From Escherichia coli (GTDB lineage Bacteria; Pseudomonadota; Gammaproteobacteria; Enterobacterales; Enterobacteriaceae): a stretch of DNA of 64,000 nucleotides. Both the position numbers and the translations under genes were made by a program. The notes under the pieces were generated by a model. That model saw only the letters and a list, made by a program, of their open reading frames with translations, did no database searches and was not told the DNA's origin. Shown in pieces: positions 1 to 13,589 of the stretch (position 1 is the stretch's first letter; the number at the start of each line of letters is the position of its first letter). Where the stretch lies: the NCBI RefSeq assembly GCF_030384885.1, contig NZ_CP128613.1; one strand, 5' to 3'.

Positions 1-1117
1 TCCTGGCGGCAAATATCAGCATAACGGTAAAGAACAAACGTATCCGAATATCAAAATGATCTGGTGGGCGGGTGGCGGTAACTTTACCCATCACCAGGAT
101 ACTAATCGTCTGATTAAAGCATGGCAGAAACCGGAGATGATCGTCGTTTCTGAATGCTACTGGACCGCAGCTGCTAAACATGCAGATATCGTATTACCGA
201 TCACCACATCGTTTGAGCGCAATGACTTGACGATGACCGGTGATTACAGCAACCAGCATATTGTACCGATGAAGCAGGCTGTCGCTCCGCAATTTGAAGC
301 GCGTAACGATTTTGATGTGTTTGCCGATCTTGCTGAATTACTCAAACCTGGCGGAAAAGAGATCTATACCGAAGGTAGAGATGAAATGGCGTGGCTGAAA
401 TTTTTCTATGATGCCGCTCAGAAAGGTGCGCGTGCGCAACGCGTGACTATGCCGATGTTTAATGCTTTCTGGCAGCAAAATAAACTGATCGAAATGCGCC
501 GCAGCGAGAAGAACGAACAGTACGTTCGTTATGCTGATTTCCGCGCCGATCCGGTGAAAAATGCGCTGGGTACGCCAAGCGGCAAAATTGAGATTTACTC
601 CAAAACGCTGGAAAAATTTGGCTATAAGGATTGCCCGGCACACCCAACCTGGCTTGCGCCTGATGAGTGGAAAGGTTCCGCCGACGAGAAGCAGTTGCAG
701 CTTCTGACCGCACATCCGGCACACCGTTTACACAGTCAGCTTAACTATGCGGAACTGCGTAAAAAATATGCGGTTGCCGATCGTGAACCGATCACTATTC
801 ACACCGAAGATGCTGCTCGCTTTGGTATTGCGAATGGCGATCTGGTGCGTGTCTGGAACAAACGTGGTCAGATTCTGACAGGCGCGGTGGTGACTGACGG
901 GATCAAAAAAGGCGTGGTATGCGTGCATGAAGGTGCATGGCCAGATCTGGAAAATGGCTTGTGTAAAAACGGCAGTGCGAACGTGTTAACGGCGGATATC
1001 CCCAGCTCTCAGCTGGCAAATGCCTGTGCCGGTAACTCTGCGCTGGTGTATATCGAAAAATATACGGGCAATGCACCGAAGTTAACGGCGTTTGATCAGC
1101 CAGCTGTTCAGGCATAA
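1..1117 (+). CDS. torZ: Molybdopterin oxidoreductase (TMAO/biotin-sulfoxide reductase family), C-terminal part; 5' end outside window
   Basis: ORF continues in frame to window start; C-terminal domain typical of DMSO-reductase family; position next to cmoB matches torZ. Confidence 0.75.
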   Translation, partial: PGGKYQHNGKEQTYPNIKMIWWAGGGNFTHHQDTNRLIKAWQKPEMIVVSECYWTAAAKHADIVLPITTSFERNDLTMTGDYSNQHIVPMKQAVAPQFEARNDFDVFADLAELLKPGGKEIYTEGRDEMAWLKFFYDAAQKGARAQRVTMPMFNAFWQQNKLIEMRRSEKNEQYVRYADFRADPVKNALGTPSGKIEIYSKTLEKFGYKDCPAHPTWLAPDEWKGSADEKQLQLLTAHPAHRLHSQLNYAELRKKYAVADREPITIHTEDAARFGIANGDLVRVWNKRGQILTGAVVTDGIKKGVVCVHEGAWPDLENGLCKNGSANVLTADIPSSQLANACAGNSALVYIEKYTGNAPKLTAFDQPAVQA

Positions 1118-1168
1118 GACGTGAAAAGCGCCCGGAAACGGGCGCTGAGGTTATGCAAACGTAAAACT

Positions 1169-1267
1169 GCCTGATGCGCTATGCTTATCAGACCTACATA
1201 GTCCCTGCAACATATTGAATTAAAAAGGCTTTGTAGGCCGGATAAGGCGTTCACGCCGCATCCGGCA
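1169..1267. repeat. REP/BIME-type extragenic palindromes (two units)
   Basis: gcctgatgcg...cagacctac and gtaggccggataaggcg...ccgcatccggca motifs in torZ-cmoB intergenic region. Confidence 0.7.
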
Positions 1268-1281
1268 GTAATACCAGACCT

Positions 1282-3429
<2,148 letters not shown>

Positions 3430-3481
3430 ACAAACTCCCTTTAAAATGGCCGATGGCACCTGTCTATGATAGGTGGCAAAT

Positions 3482-4300
3482 TCAGAAAAGAGAAGATTGC
3501 TGTGGAATAGCCGGAACTGCTCCGATCTCTGGAAGTGTTTTACGTAAGCCTTCCCACAGGGTATGTACCAGTTCCGGTGCCTGGGCAATATCTGGCGTAT
3601 GTAAAAAAAGATAAGGCGTAGTGGTCTGATGCCACTGCGCTAATTTTTGTAACCAAACCTGAAACAACTCTCGGTTTTGCGTCATATCATCACTACCGAT
3701 AAAACGGATCAGCGGATTTGTCGCCGTCAGCACAGCATGTACGGGAACTTTAGGTTTTTTCCGTTGAGCGTCGCGAATAGCTTCACTGTGTGGGCGTGCT
3801 GCATGAACCGGGCGGCTGTCTAAAATCACCCGATTAACGCCGCGCTGATGTAAACCGCGATTAAGCGTTTGTTCCTCTTCCCCTTTGGCGAAAAACTGTG
3901 GATGGCGGACTTCCACACCATAATTAAACTCGCCGGGAAGAGAGTCGAGAAAATGCCAAAGCGCAGGCAGATCCCGTGGGCCAAATGTGGCAGGCAGTTG
4001 CAGCCAGTATTGCCCAATGCGCGGCGCTAACGGTGACAAGCGAGTCAAAAATTCAGTTACTAAATCATCGCAATGCCGTAATGCTGCCTGATGCGAAATG
4101 GTCGCCGGAAACTTAAAACAGAAGCGAAAATTATCTGTGGTCTGCTCACGCCAGCGCAGGACAACCTCGGATTTTGGCAGGGCGTAAAGCGTGGTGTTGC
4201 CCTCCACACAGTTAAAGTGGCGGGCATACTCTTCAAGGCTGGTGATCCCCAACCGCACCCATTTAGGATGCGACCATTGCGGCAGACCGATGTAAATCAT
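3482..4300 (-). CDS. yecE: DUF72 family protein
   Basis: 272-aa ORF; translation recognised as YecE. Confidence 0.88.
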   Translation of the reverse strand: MIYIGLPQWSHPKWVRLGITSLEEYARHFNCVEGNTTLYALPKSEVVLRWREQTTDNFRFCFKFPATISHQAALRHCDDLVTEFLTRLSPLAPRIGQYWLQLPATFGPRDLPALWHFLDSLPGEFNYGVEVRHPQFFAKGEEEQTLNRGLHQRGVNRVILDSRPVHAARPHSEAIRDAQRKKPKVPVHAVLTATNPLIRFIGSDDMTQNRELFQVWLQKLAQWHQTTTPYLFLHTPDIAQAPELVHTLWEGLRKTLPEIGAVPAIPQQSSLF

Positions 4301-4863
4301 AATGCGTTGAGGATCTCTTCCACACTGCGCACACGGGCGATGCGTGGGTAGATATGGTTGATGCTGTTATTGTGCTGCTCGGCGCTGGCGGCGCTGCAGG
4401 CGTCTTCGGCAATCACCAGATTAAAACCGAGTTCCCAGGCATTGCGGGCGGTGGATTCAACACCGATATTGGTCGAGATCCCACATAACACTATTGTATC
4501 GATACCCCGGCGGCGTAACTGCAACTCCAGATCCGTACCGTAAAACGCACCCCATTGACGTTTGATGATTTCGATGTCGCTGTCGGTTGCACCTAATGCA
4601 GCAGGATGTTGCCACCAGTTTTCGGGCAACACTTTAGCGGGGGAGGGGGCATCAACCGGCTGTTTTAATGCTTCGGCGTAATCGGTAGACCAACCAACGC
4701 GCACCAGAAACACGGGCTGACCGTTCGCGCGAAATTTCGCCGTCAGCTTCCCTGCTCGATTAACCACCTCATCGGCAGTATGAGGACCACCGGCAAAAGG
4801 TAAGATGCCTTCTTGTAAGTCAATTACCACCAGCGCAGTGGTTTTAGCATTCAGTTCAAGCAT
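4297..4863 (-). CDS. yecD: Isochorismatase-family hydrolase
   Basis: Track ORF trimmed to Met at MLELNAKTT (188 aa); 4-bp overlap with yecE. Confidence 0.85.
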   Translation of the reverse strand: MLELNAKTTALVVIDLQEGILPFAGGPHTADEVVNRAGKLTAKFRANGQPVFLVRVGWSTDYAEALKQPVDAPSPAKVLPENWWQHPAALGATDSDIEIIKRQWGAFYGTDLELQLRRRGIDTIVLCGISTNIGVESTARNAWELGFNLVIAEDACSAASAEQHNNSINHIYPRIARVRSVEEILNAL

Positions 4864-5172
4864 GATGACTCCTGACAAAACAAAATCGTGCCTCTCACCT
4901 TAATGCGATTAGCCGATGGCGGAACGACAAATTTTGTTAATTTTTATGAGTTCGGGCAACACCTTTATAGCAAACTGGCGTAGAGTCTGATTTCAGGCCC
5001 GATATAAAGTGGTAACGAGGCGTTCCAGCGCGGGCCAGGCTCTTACGGTGCGGCAGAATTTCCAGTATAATAGCCGCCTTTTTTCATTCAGTTGTGACAT
5101 ACAGCTAACGCTGCGACTTGGTCACCTGCGCAGCAGGGGGCATCCGCCGGCAGCTAAGTTAAGGGATATCTC

Positions 5173-6945
5173 ATGCGTACAGAATATTGTGGACAGCTCC
5201 GTTTGTCCCACGTGGGGCAGCAGGTGACTCTGTGTGGTTGGGTCAACCGTCGTCGTGATCTTGGTAGCCTGATCTTCATCGATATGCGCGACCGCGAAGG
5301 TATCGTGCAGGTATTTTTCGATCCGGATCGTGCGGACGCGTTAAAGCTGGCCTCTGAACTGCGTAATGAGTTCTGCATTCAGGTCACGGGCACCGTACGT
5401 GCGCGTGACGAAAAAAATATCAACCGCGATATGGCGACCGGCGAAATCGAAGTGCTGGCCTCCTCGCTGACCATCATCAACCGCGCAGACGTTCTGCCGC
5501 TTGACTCTAACCACGTCAACACCGAAGAAGCGCGTCTGAAATACCGCTACCTCGACCTGCGTCGTCCGGAAATGGCTCAGCGCCTGAAAACCCGCGCTAA
5601 AATCACCAGCCTGGTGCGCCGTTTTATGGATGACCACGGCTTCCTCGACATCGAAACTCCGATGCTGACCAAAGCCACGCCGGAAGGCGCGCGTGACTAC
5701 CTGGTGCCTTCTCGTGTGCACAAAGGGAAATTCTACGCACTGCCGCAGTCTCCGCAGTTGTTCAAACAGCTGCTGATGATGTCTGGTTTTGACCGCTACT
5801 ATCAGATTGTAAAATGCTTCCGTGACGAAGACCTGCGTGCTGATCGTCAGCCTGAATTCACCCAGATCGATGTGGAAACCTCTTTCATGACCGCGCCGCA
5901 AGTGCGTGAAGTGATGGAAGCGCTGGTACGCCATTTGTGGCTGGAAGTGAAGGGCGTGGATCTCGGTGATTTCCCTGTAATGACCTTTGCGGAAGCAGAA
6001 CGCCGTTATGGTTCTGATAAACCGGATCTGCGTAACCCGATGGAACTGACTGACGTTGCTGATCTGCTGAAATCCGTTGAGTTCGCGGTATTCGCAGGTC
6101 CGGCGAACGATCCGAAAGGCCGCGTTGCTGCTCTGCGTGTTCCGGGTGGCGCATCGCTGACCCGTAAGCAGATCGACGAATACGGTAACTTCGTTAAAAT
6201 CTACGGCGCGAAAGGTCTGGCGTACATCAAAGTTAACGAACGTGCGAAAGGTCTGGAAGGTATCAACAGCCCGGTAGCGAAGTTCCTCAACGCTGAAATC
6301 ATCGAAGCCATCCTGGATCGTACTGCCGCGCAAGATGGCGATATGATTTTCTTCGGTGCTGATAACAAGAAAATTGTTGCCGACGCGATGGGCGCATTGC
6401 GTCTGAAAGTGGGTAAAGACCTTGGTCTGACCGACGAAAGCAAATGGGCACCGCTGTGGGTTATCGACTTCCCGATGTTTGAAGACGACGGTGAAGGCGG
6501 CCTGACGGCAATGCACCATCCGTTCACCTCACCGAAAGACATGACGGCGGCAGAGTTGAAAGCTGCACCGGAAAATGCGGTGGCGAACGCTTACGATATG
6601 GTCATCAATGGTTACGAAGTGGGCGGTGGTTCTGTGCGTATCCATAATGGTGATATGCAGCAGACGGTGTTTGGCATTCTGGGGATCAACGAAGAGGAAC
6701 AGCGCGAGAAATTCGGCTTCCTGCTCGATGCCCTGAAATACGGTACTCCGCCGCACGCAGGTCTGGCATTCGGTCTTGACCGTCTGACCATGCTGCTGAC
6801 CGGTACCGACAACATCCGTGACGTTATCGCCTTCCCGAAAACCACGGCGGCAGCATGTCTGATGACCGAAGCGCCAAGCTTTGCTAACCCGACTGCCCTG
6901 TCCGAGCTGAGCATTCAGGTTGTGAAGAAGGCAGAGAATAATTGA
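5173..6945 (+). CDS. aspS: Aspartate--tRNA ligase
   Basis: 590-aa ORF; class II aaRS motifs; translation recognised as AspRS. Confidence 0.97.
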   Translation: MRTEYCGQLRLSHVGQQVTLCGWVNRRRDLGSLIFIDMRDREGIVQVFFDPDRADALKLASELRNEFCIQVTGTVRARDEKNINRDMATGEIEVLASSLTIINRADVLPLDSNHVNTEEARLKYRYLDLRRPEMAQRLKTRAKITSLVRRFMDDHGFLDIETPMLTKATPEGARDYLVPSRVHKGKFYALPQSPQLFKQLLMMSGFDRYYQIVKCFRDEDLRADRQPEFTQIDVETSFMTAPQVREVMEALVRHLWLEVKGVDLGDFPVMTFAEAERRYGSDKPDLRNPMELTDVADLLKSVEFAVFAGPANDPKGRVAALRVPGGASLTRKQIDEYGNFVKIYGAKGLAYIKVNERAKGLEGINSPVAKFLNAEIIEAILDRTAAQDGDMIFFGADNKKIVADAMGALRLKVGKDLGLTDESKWAPLWVIDFPMFEDDGEGGLTAMHHPFTSPKDMTAAELKAAPENAVANAYDMVINGYEVGGGSVRIHNGDMQQTVFGILGINEEEQREKFGFLLDALKYGTPPHAGLAFGLDRLTMLLTGTDNIRDVIAFPKTTAAACLMTEAPSFANPTALSELSIQVVKKAENN

Positions 6946-6946
6946 T

Positions 6947-7390
6947 ATGACTTATAAGCGTCCCGTTTCTATTCTGGTGGTTATTTATGCGCAAGATACG
7001 AAACGGGTGCTGATGTTACAGCGGCGTGATGATCCCGATTTCTGGCAGTCGGTAACCGGCAGTGTGGAAGAGGGGGAAACCGCGCCGCAAGCCGCCATGC
7101 GCGAAGTAAAGGAAGAGGTCACCATTGATGTTGTCGCTGAACAACTGACCTTAATTGACTGTCAGCGCACGGTGGAGTTTGAAATTTTTTCACATTTACG
7201 TCATCGCTATGCGCCGGGCGTAACGCGTAATACGGAATCTTGGTTCTGTCTTGCACTCCCGCACGAGCGCCAGATCGTTTTCACTGAACATCTGGCCTAC
7301 AAGTGGCTTGATGCGCATGCTGCGGCGGCGCTCACAAAGTCATGGAGCAACCGGCAGGCGATTGAACAGTTTGTAATTAACGCTGCCTGA
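6947..7390 (+). CDS. nudB: Dihydroneopterin triphosphate diphosphatase (Nudix)
   Basis: 147-aa ORF starting 2 nt after aspS stop; Nudix box [20 protein letters not shown]; exact start uncertain. Confidence 0.85.
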
Positions 7391-7418
7391 ACAGGCAGGG
7401 CTACCTGGAGATATTTTT

Positions 7419-8159
7419 ATGGCAGGTCATAGTAAATGGGCCAACACCAGACATCGTAAAGCTGCGCAGGATGCTAAGCGCGGTAAAATCTTCACTAAAA
7501 TCATTCGTGAACTGGTAACCGCGGCGAAGCTGGGCGGTGGAGATCCGGATGCTAACCCGCGTCTGCGAGCAGCCATTGACAAAGCACTGTCTAACAACAT
7601 GACCCGTGACACCCTGAACCGCGCAATTGCACGTGGTGTGGGCGGTGATGATGATGCAAACATGGAAACCATCATCTACGAAGGTTACGGTCCTGGCGGC
7701 ACGGCAATCATGATTGAATGTCTGTCTGATAACCGCAACCGTACGGTTGCTGAAGTGCGTCACGCATTCAGCAAATGTGGCGGTAACCTCGGTACTGATG
7801 GTTCCGTAGCCTATCTGTTCAGCAAAAAAGGCGTGATCTCCTTCGAGAAAGGCGATGAAGACACCATCATGGAAGCAGCTCTGGAAGCTGGTGCTGAAGA
7901 TGTTGTGACCTATGATGATGGCGCGATTGACGTCTACACTGCATGGGAGGAAATGGGCAAAGTACGCGACGCTCTGGAAGCGGCAGGTCTGAAAGCAGAC
8001 AGCGCGGAAGTTTCCATGATCCCGTCCACCAAAGCTGATATGGATGCAGAAACCGCACCGAAACTGATGCGTCTGATCGATATGCTGGAAGATTGCGACG
8101 ACGTGCAGGAAGTCTACCATAACGGTGAAATCTCTGATGAGGTTGCAGCGACTCTCTGA
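7419..8159 (+). CDS. yebC: YebC/PmpR (TACO1) family transcriptional regulatory protein
   Basis: 246-aa ORF; translation recognised as YebC. Confidence 0.93.
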
Positions 8160-8193
8160 TGAGGCCTGCTAAACAGCAAAACGGAGACGCGTG

Positions 8194-8715
8194 ATGGCTA
8201 TTATTCTCGGCATTGACCCGGGTTCGCGCGTGACCGGCTATGGCGTCATCCGCCAGGTGGGCAGGCAGCTGTCCTACCTGGGTAGCGGATGTATACGCAC
8301 CAAAGTAGATGATTTACCGTCTCGTCTTAAGCTCATCTATGCGGGCGTGACGGAAATCATCACCCAGTTCCAGCCTGATTATTTCGCCATTGAACAAGTC
8401 TTTATGGCTAAAAATGCCGACTCGGCCCTGAAGCTGGGGCAGGCGCGTGGCGTGGCGATTGTGGCGGCGGTGAATCAGGAATTACCGGTATTTGAATACG
8501 CGGCACGTCAGGTAAAGCAAACGGTGGTAGGTATTGGTAGTGCCGAAAAAAGCCAGGTGCAGCATATGGTTCGCACCTTGCTGAAACTCCCCGCTAATCC
8601 TCAGGCGGATGCCGCTGATGCGCTGGCAATTGCCATCACCCACTGCCACGTTAGTCAGAATGCGATGCAGATGAGCGAATCGCGGCTGAACCTGGCGAGA
8701 GGGCGACTGCGTTAA
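8194..8715 (+). CDS. ruvC: Holliday junction resolvase RuvC
   Basis: Translation recognised as RuvC ([17 protein letters not shown]...); second Met taken as start (173 aa). Confidence 0.92.
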
Positions 8716-8716
8716 G

Positions 8717-9319
8717 TTATACCGCCTCAGTCAATTCAGGCTGAGGCGTTTCTACTCCCTCCGCATGAATCAACACCAAACCCGGATGATGCCACAAACT
8801 GGCTGGTGTTACGGTTTTACGCTCCCACGGAATCGAACCTAAAAACCAGAATTTCCAGAAAGTGAGTTTTGCGTTCGGATTGCTATTTAGCAGTTCTCCA
8901 AACGTCTCTATTTCACCCACCGGAATACATAACGCCTCTTTATAAATATCAAAAACGAATTTTGAGCAGAACTGGCGGGAAGATTCGTATTTAAAGCCGG
9001 TGTGGTAGAGCTTATGCAACCGTCCGGGGACCTTTTCGACCAGAGCAAGTTTTTGCTCTGCGGTTAAACCTCCTGCGAGGCGGCGAACACCGTAGCGTTG
9101 ATCGGTCGACCGTTCAATAAATCGTGACAAAGTTGTGATTGTGGAGAGCGGAACTCGACTCTCCGCAACCAGGTAATCATCACCGTCATGTCCGATGATT
9201 ATCCCCACATGGTTGCTCCAGCATTTCGAGGCTGCAGAGATTTGCCCAAACAGGCGAGCACCGATGCAGGTAAAAACAATATCACCGGTTTCATATTTAG
9301 CTGGGTAATTTATTTTCAC
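8717..9319 (-). CDS. yebB: DUF830 family protein
   Basis: 200-aa ORF convergent on ruvC; translation recognised as YebB. Confidence 0.82.
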   Translation of the reverse strand: MKINYPAKYETGDIVFTCIGARLFGQISAASKCWSNHVGIIIGHDGDDYLVAESRVPLSTITTLSRFIERSTDQRYGVRRLAGGLTAEQKLALVEKVPGRLHKLYHTGFKYESSRQFCSKFVFDIYKEALCIPVGEIETFGELLNSNPNAKLTFWKFWFLGSIPWERKTVTPASLWHHPGLVLIHAEGVETPQPELTEAV

Positions 9320-9412
9320 TATATCAATCCATTATTTATATATAAAACAGCATCTATCTTTCGTGATGGTAAAGCATTAGCATTGTATTATAATAATGAC
9401 AAGGAATGTTTT

Positions 9413-10237
9413 ATGCGGTTATTTATTAATGTGATAATTATAGTTTCGATCAGTCAATGCGTGAATGTATTTGCTCAAGATAATGTCATCCGCTATCCCT
9501 GGCGATATGGACGTATTTCTTTAAATGAGAATAATGAGTTTGTGCCTCAAATTATTCATATGCGTGATGATATCTACGGCGTGGGTGAAGCTGGTGCAAG
9601 CCTTAACGATGCGAGAATGGCGCAAAGTGGTGTCGCCGTGAGGCTTAGCGTTATACAGCAGGGGCAGGTGGTGAATGCTTTACTGGATTTCTACAATAGC
9701 AATAATCAACCTGCTTATATCTTTGAAGGTGGTTTGATGCCTTGCAATAAAGCCTTTGACATCACAACAAGCAACATTGTCCTTGATGGGATGTGTGGAA
9801 TTTATGATGGGGTCGATGGCTGGCAAGTTATTCCTGCGGGTGATCATTATAAAGAATCATTTTCACTCACTCAGGCTTTTGAATTTCTGCCGGGAAAACA
9901 TCATTATAAAATTAATGCCGGAAGTTTTATCATCAGAGTCGGGGATGATATTTTTGCAAGAGAGGACGCCGAAAGCATTCTTTTTGATTTGATTAACTGG
10001 CGATATGGCTATGTGCTAAAAAGTTATGAAAGGGTGTCGAAGTGGGATTTAATGGCAGGGACTTATGTACTGCCTGAATACTCGGGGGATAAAAGAATGG
10101 ATGAGTATCGAATTTACTCAAACCAGGTGTCGATTGATCTTAATGGTGACGAGTTAGCACATACGGAGTCCTATCAGTGGCGAATTGATAGCGGAATGAT
10201 CCCGGAAAAATTCAGCGTTCAGGAACTCGCTGAATGA
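9413..10237 (+). CDS. Hypothetical secreted protein (signal peptide), unknown family; not part of the K-12 gene order as I recall it
   Basis: 274-aa ORF from ATG 9413 with AAGGAA RBS 6 nt upstream; N-terminus MRLFINVIIIVSISQCVNVFA/QD looks like a SPase I signal peptide; AT-rich codon usage; track ORF from 9188 overlaps yebB and is not the likely start. Confidence 0.6.
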   Translation: MRLFINVIIIVSISQCVNVFAQDNVIRYPWRYGRISLNENNEFVPQIIHMRDDIYGVGEAGASLNDARMAQSGVAVRLSVIQQGQVVNALLDFYNSNNQPAYIFEGGLMPCNKAFDITTSNIVLDGMCGIYDGVDGWQVIPAGDHYKESFSLTQAFEFLPGKHHYKINAGSFIIRVGDDIFAREDAESILFDLINWRYGYVLKSYERVSKWDLMAGTYVLPEYSGDKRMDEYRIYSNQVSIDLNGDELAHTESYQWRIDSGMIPEKFSVQELAE

Positions 10238-10274
10238 ATCGTCCTCTACCTGCTTGCCAGATACAGAGGCGCGG

Positions 10275-10859
10275 ATGAATTTATCAAGCGTATTCAATCA
10301 GCTTTTAATCTCATTTGCTCTTGCCGGGACGTTGATATTAAGCAGCTATCTCATGAAAGCTCACTACCCACGTTTCAGGAAGCCAATTGCGCTCTTTTAC
10401 TTCTTTTTAGCGATTTATACCAGTTATGCTGCCGTTCAGGAGTATGAGTACCACCGCAATAGCTTGACTACGCTCGCAAAAGTTTCTTCGATTCGTTATA
10501 CCAGTAATTTTAAGCGTAGCGCCTCGCACTCCTGCAATTTACTGCGGGGAGGAAGGATTGATTGCTCGGGGCTGTATGCCTATGACCTGACCTGGCAGAT
10601 TGACGGTAAGACCTGGAATTTGCATGTTGAGGACAAGCGTATAAAACCAGGAATCACCATGTGCGTGAAGGTTGTAAAAGATCGCCCCGCCATCGGGAAA
10701 CCCTGTGAAAACGTGTTTTTCAATATCAGCCCTTTGCCGATTCTGATAGCTATATGGGCAATAAGCGCATTTATATTTGCGGTCTTACTCCTTCACCAAC
10801 TAAAAAAATGCCGCGAATGGAAGCACGCCAGCAAGGAACGTGGAAAAATTGGCCATTAG
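10275..10859 (+). CDS. Hypothetical membrane protein, three predicted TM helices with Cys-rich loop, unknown family
   Basis: 194-aa ORF from ATG 10275 with GAGG RBS; 37 nt after upstream ORF stop; hydrophobic helices near N-terminus (x2) and C-terminus; basic C-terminal tail; AT-rich. Confidence 0.55.
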   Translation: MNLSSVFNQLLISFALAGTLILSSYLMKAHYPRFRKPIALFYFFLAIYTSYAAVQEYEYHRNSLTTLAKVSSIRYTSNFKRSASHSCNLLRGGRIDCSGLYAYDLTWQIDGKTWNLHVEDKRIKPGITMCVKVVKDRPAIGKPCENVFFNISPLPILIAIWAISAFIFAVLLLHQLKKCREWKHASKERGKIGH

Positions 10860-10957
10860 AAGTCAAAGAAAGAGTGCGATGTAAGGTGATTCATAGAAAA
10901 TTTCAGATACCGTGAGCCAAAGGATTATCAGTTCTGAAATGATTTAATATCATCCCT

Positions 10958-10977
10958 CGCTGGATATCTATCCAGCA
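10958..10977 (+). promoter_or_regulatory. LexA (SOS) box of ruvAB operon
   Basis: cgCTGGATATCTATCCAGca, CTG-N10-CAG palindrome about 50 nt upstream of ruvA start; matches the known ruvA SOS box. Confidence 0.8.
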
Positions 10978-11026
10978 TTTTTTTATCATACAGCATTATC
11001 TTTGATTCATTACGCAGGAGCGTCAT

Positions 11027-11638
11027 GTGATAGGCAGACTCAGAGGCATCATCATTGAAAAACAACCCCCGCTGGTATTAATTGAAGTGGGCGGCGTAGG
11101 CTATGAAGTGCATATGCCGATGACCTGTTTTTATGAACTCCCTGAAGCGGGTCAGGAAGCGATCGTTTTCACCCACTTTGTGGTGCGTGAAGACGCGCAA
11201 CTGCTGTACGGTTTTAACAATAAACAAGAGCGCACGTTGTTCAAAGAGTTGATCAAAACCAACGGCGTTGGGCCTAAACTGGCATTGGCAATCCTCTCCG
11301 GAATGTCAGCGCAGCAGTTCGTTAATGCCGTTGAGCGTGAAGAAGTCGGGGCTCTGGTGAAACTGCCGGGTATTGGCAAAAAAACCGCCGAACGCTTGAT
11401 TGTCGAAATGAAAGACCGATTTAAAGGTTTACATGGCGATCTCTTTACGCCAGCTGCCGACCTGGTACTCACGTCACCTGCGAGCCCGGCGACCGACGAT
11501 GCTGAACAGGAAGCGGTTGCCGCGCTGGTGGCGCTGGGCTATAAACCACAAGAAGCAAGCCGCATGGTGAGCAAAATCGCTCGCCCTGACGCCAGCAGTG
11601 AAACATTAATTCGCGAAGCCCTGCGCGCCGCGTTATGA
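11027..11638 (+). CDS. ruvA: Holliday junction branch migration complex subunit RuvA
   Basis: 203-aa ORF with GTG start; translation recognised as RuvA. Confidence 0.95.
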   Translation: MIGRLRGIIIEKQPPLVLIEVGGVGYEVHMPMTCFYELPEAGQEAIVFTHFVVREDAQLLYGFNNKQERTLFKELIKTNGVGPKLALAILSGMSAQQFVNAVEREEVGALVKLPGIGKKTAERLIVEMKDRFKGLHGDLFTPAADLVLTSPASPATDDAEQEAVAALVALGYKPQEASRMVSKIARPDASSETLIREALRAAL

Positions 11639-11643
11639 GGTAA

Positions 11644-12657
<1,014 letters not shown>

Positions 12658-12698
12658 GTTGAATAAGGCATTCAAGCCGCTTCCGACATTGGCGATAA

Positions 12699-12785
12699 GC
12701 CTGATGCGACGCTGTTCGCGTCTTATCAGGCCTACCAAAAGTAGCGAACCGTAGGTCGGATAAGGCGCTCGCGCCGCATCCGACA
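12699..12785. repeat. REP/BIME extragenic palindromes (two units)
   Basis: gcctgatgcgacgctg...cttatcaggcctac and gtaggtcggataaggcgctcgcgccgcatccgaca between ruvB and znuB. Confidence 0.7.
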
Positions 12786-12803
12786 AATGTGTTCAGCGAC
12801 AGA

Positions 12804-13589
12804 TTAGCTGGCCTGCTTTTTCATCATACTGATAATAAATAACAGTGCCGCACATAGCACTACCGACGGACCCGCCGGCGTATCGTAAAATGCGGAAAAG
12901 GTTAAACCGCCAGTTACTGCCACCATTCCCACCAAAACAGCGACACCGGCCATCTGTTCCGGCGTGCGGGCAAAGCGACGCGCTGTAGCTGCAGGAATAA
13001 TCAGCAGCGAAGTAATAATCAACGCGCCGACAAATTTCATCGCTACACCAATCGTCAATGCTGTCACCAGCATCAACAACAATTTCACGCGCTGTAATTT
13101 CACACCATCAACAAACGCCAGATCCGGGCTAATCGTCATCGACAGTAAATTACGCCATTGCCAGAACAAAATCGCTACCACGATGACCACGCCAATCGCA
13201 ATAGAGATGAGATCTTCTGGCGTCACTGCCAGCAAATCACCGAACAGGTAAGCCATCAAGTCAACACGAATGTTAGACATCAGACTAACGACTACCAGGC
13301 CCAGCGAGAGGGCACTGTGTGCCATAATCCCTAATAACGTGTCGATCGCCAGCTGTGGGCGCTTTTCCAGCCATACCAGACCACCCGCAAGCAGCAGCGT
13401 AACCGCAATCACCGCATAGAATGGATTAACGTCCAGCAGCAAACCAAACGCGACGCCAAGTAACGAGGCATGAGCCAGCGTATCACCGAAATAAGACATA
13501 CGACGCCAGACCACAAACGAACCCAGCGGACCCGCGGCACAGGCGAGCATGATCCCGGCTAACCAACCAGGAAATAATAATTCAATCAT
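12804..13589 (-). CDS. znuB: Zinc ABC transporter permease
   Basis: 261-aa hydrophobic ORF; translation recognised as ZnuB. Confidence 0.93.
   Translation of the reverse strand: MIELLFPGWLAGIMLACAAGPLGSFVVWRRMSYFGDTLAHASLLGVAFGLLLDVNPFYAVIAVTLLLAGGLVWLEKRPQLAIDTLLGIMAHSALSLGLVVVSLMSNIRVDLMAYLFGDLLAVTPEDLISIAIGVVIVVAILFWQWRNLLSMTISPDLAFVDGVKLQRVKLLLMLVTALTIGVAMKFVGALIITSLLIIPAATARRFARTPEQMAGVAVLVGMVAVTGGLTFSAFYDTPAGPSVVLCAALLFIISMMKKQAS

Noticed and set aside
1127-1146. Hairpin agcgcccg-gaaa-cgggcgct after torZ as a rho-independent terminator
   Set aside because: No T-run follows the stem; more likely part of the adjacent REP/BIME array or a weak or rho-dependent stop.
5341-6519. 392-aa minus-strand ORF inside aspS (similar long antisense ORFs at 7401-8120 in yebC, 20920-21549 in zwf, 55996-56958 in yoaE, 59165-59917 in sdaA)
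   Set aside because: These lie entirely antisense to well-supported conserved genes, have no RBS or recognisable domains, and are typical shadow ORFs of GC-rich coding sequence.
9188-9412. Upstream extension of the first cassette ORF to position 9188
   Set aside because: It would overlap the yebB coding region on the opposite strand and bury the signal peptide internally; the ATG at 9413 with an AAGGAA RBS is the more plausible start.
11523-11530. Chi sites (GCTGGTGG) in ruvA, msrC (about 41206) and prc (about 43505)
   Set aside because: Three occurrences in 64 kb is not remarkable for E. coli and I did not assess orientation bias.
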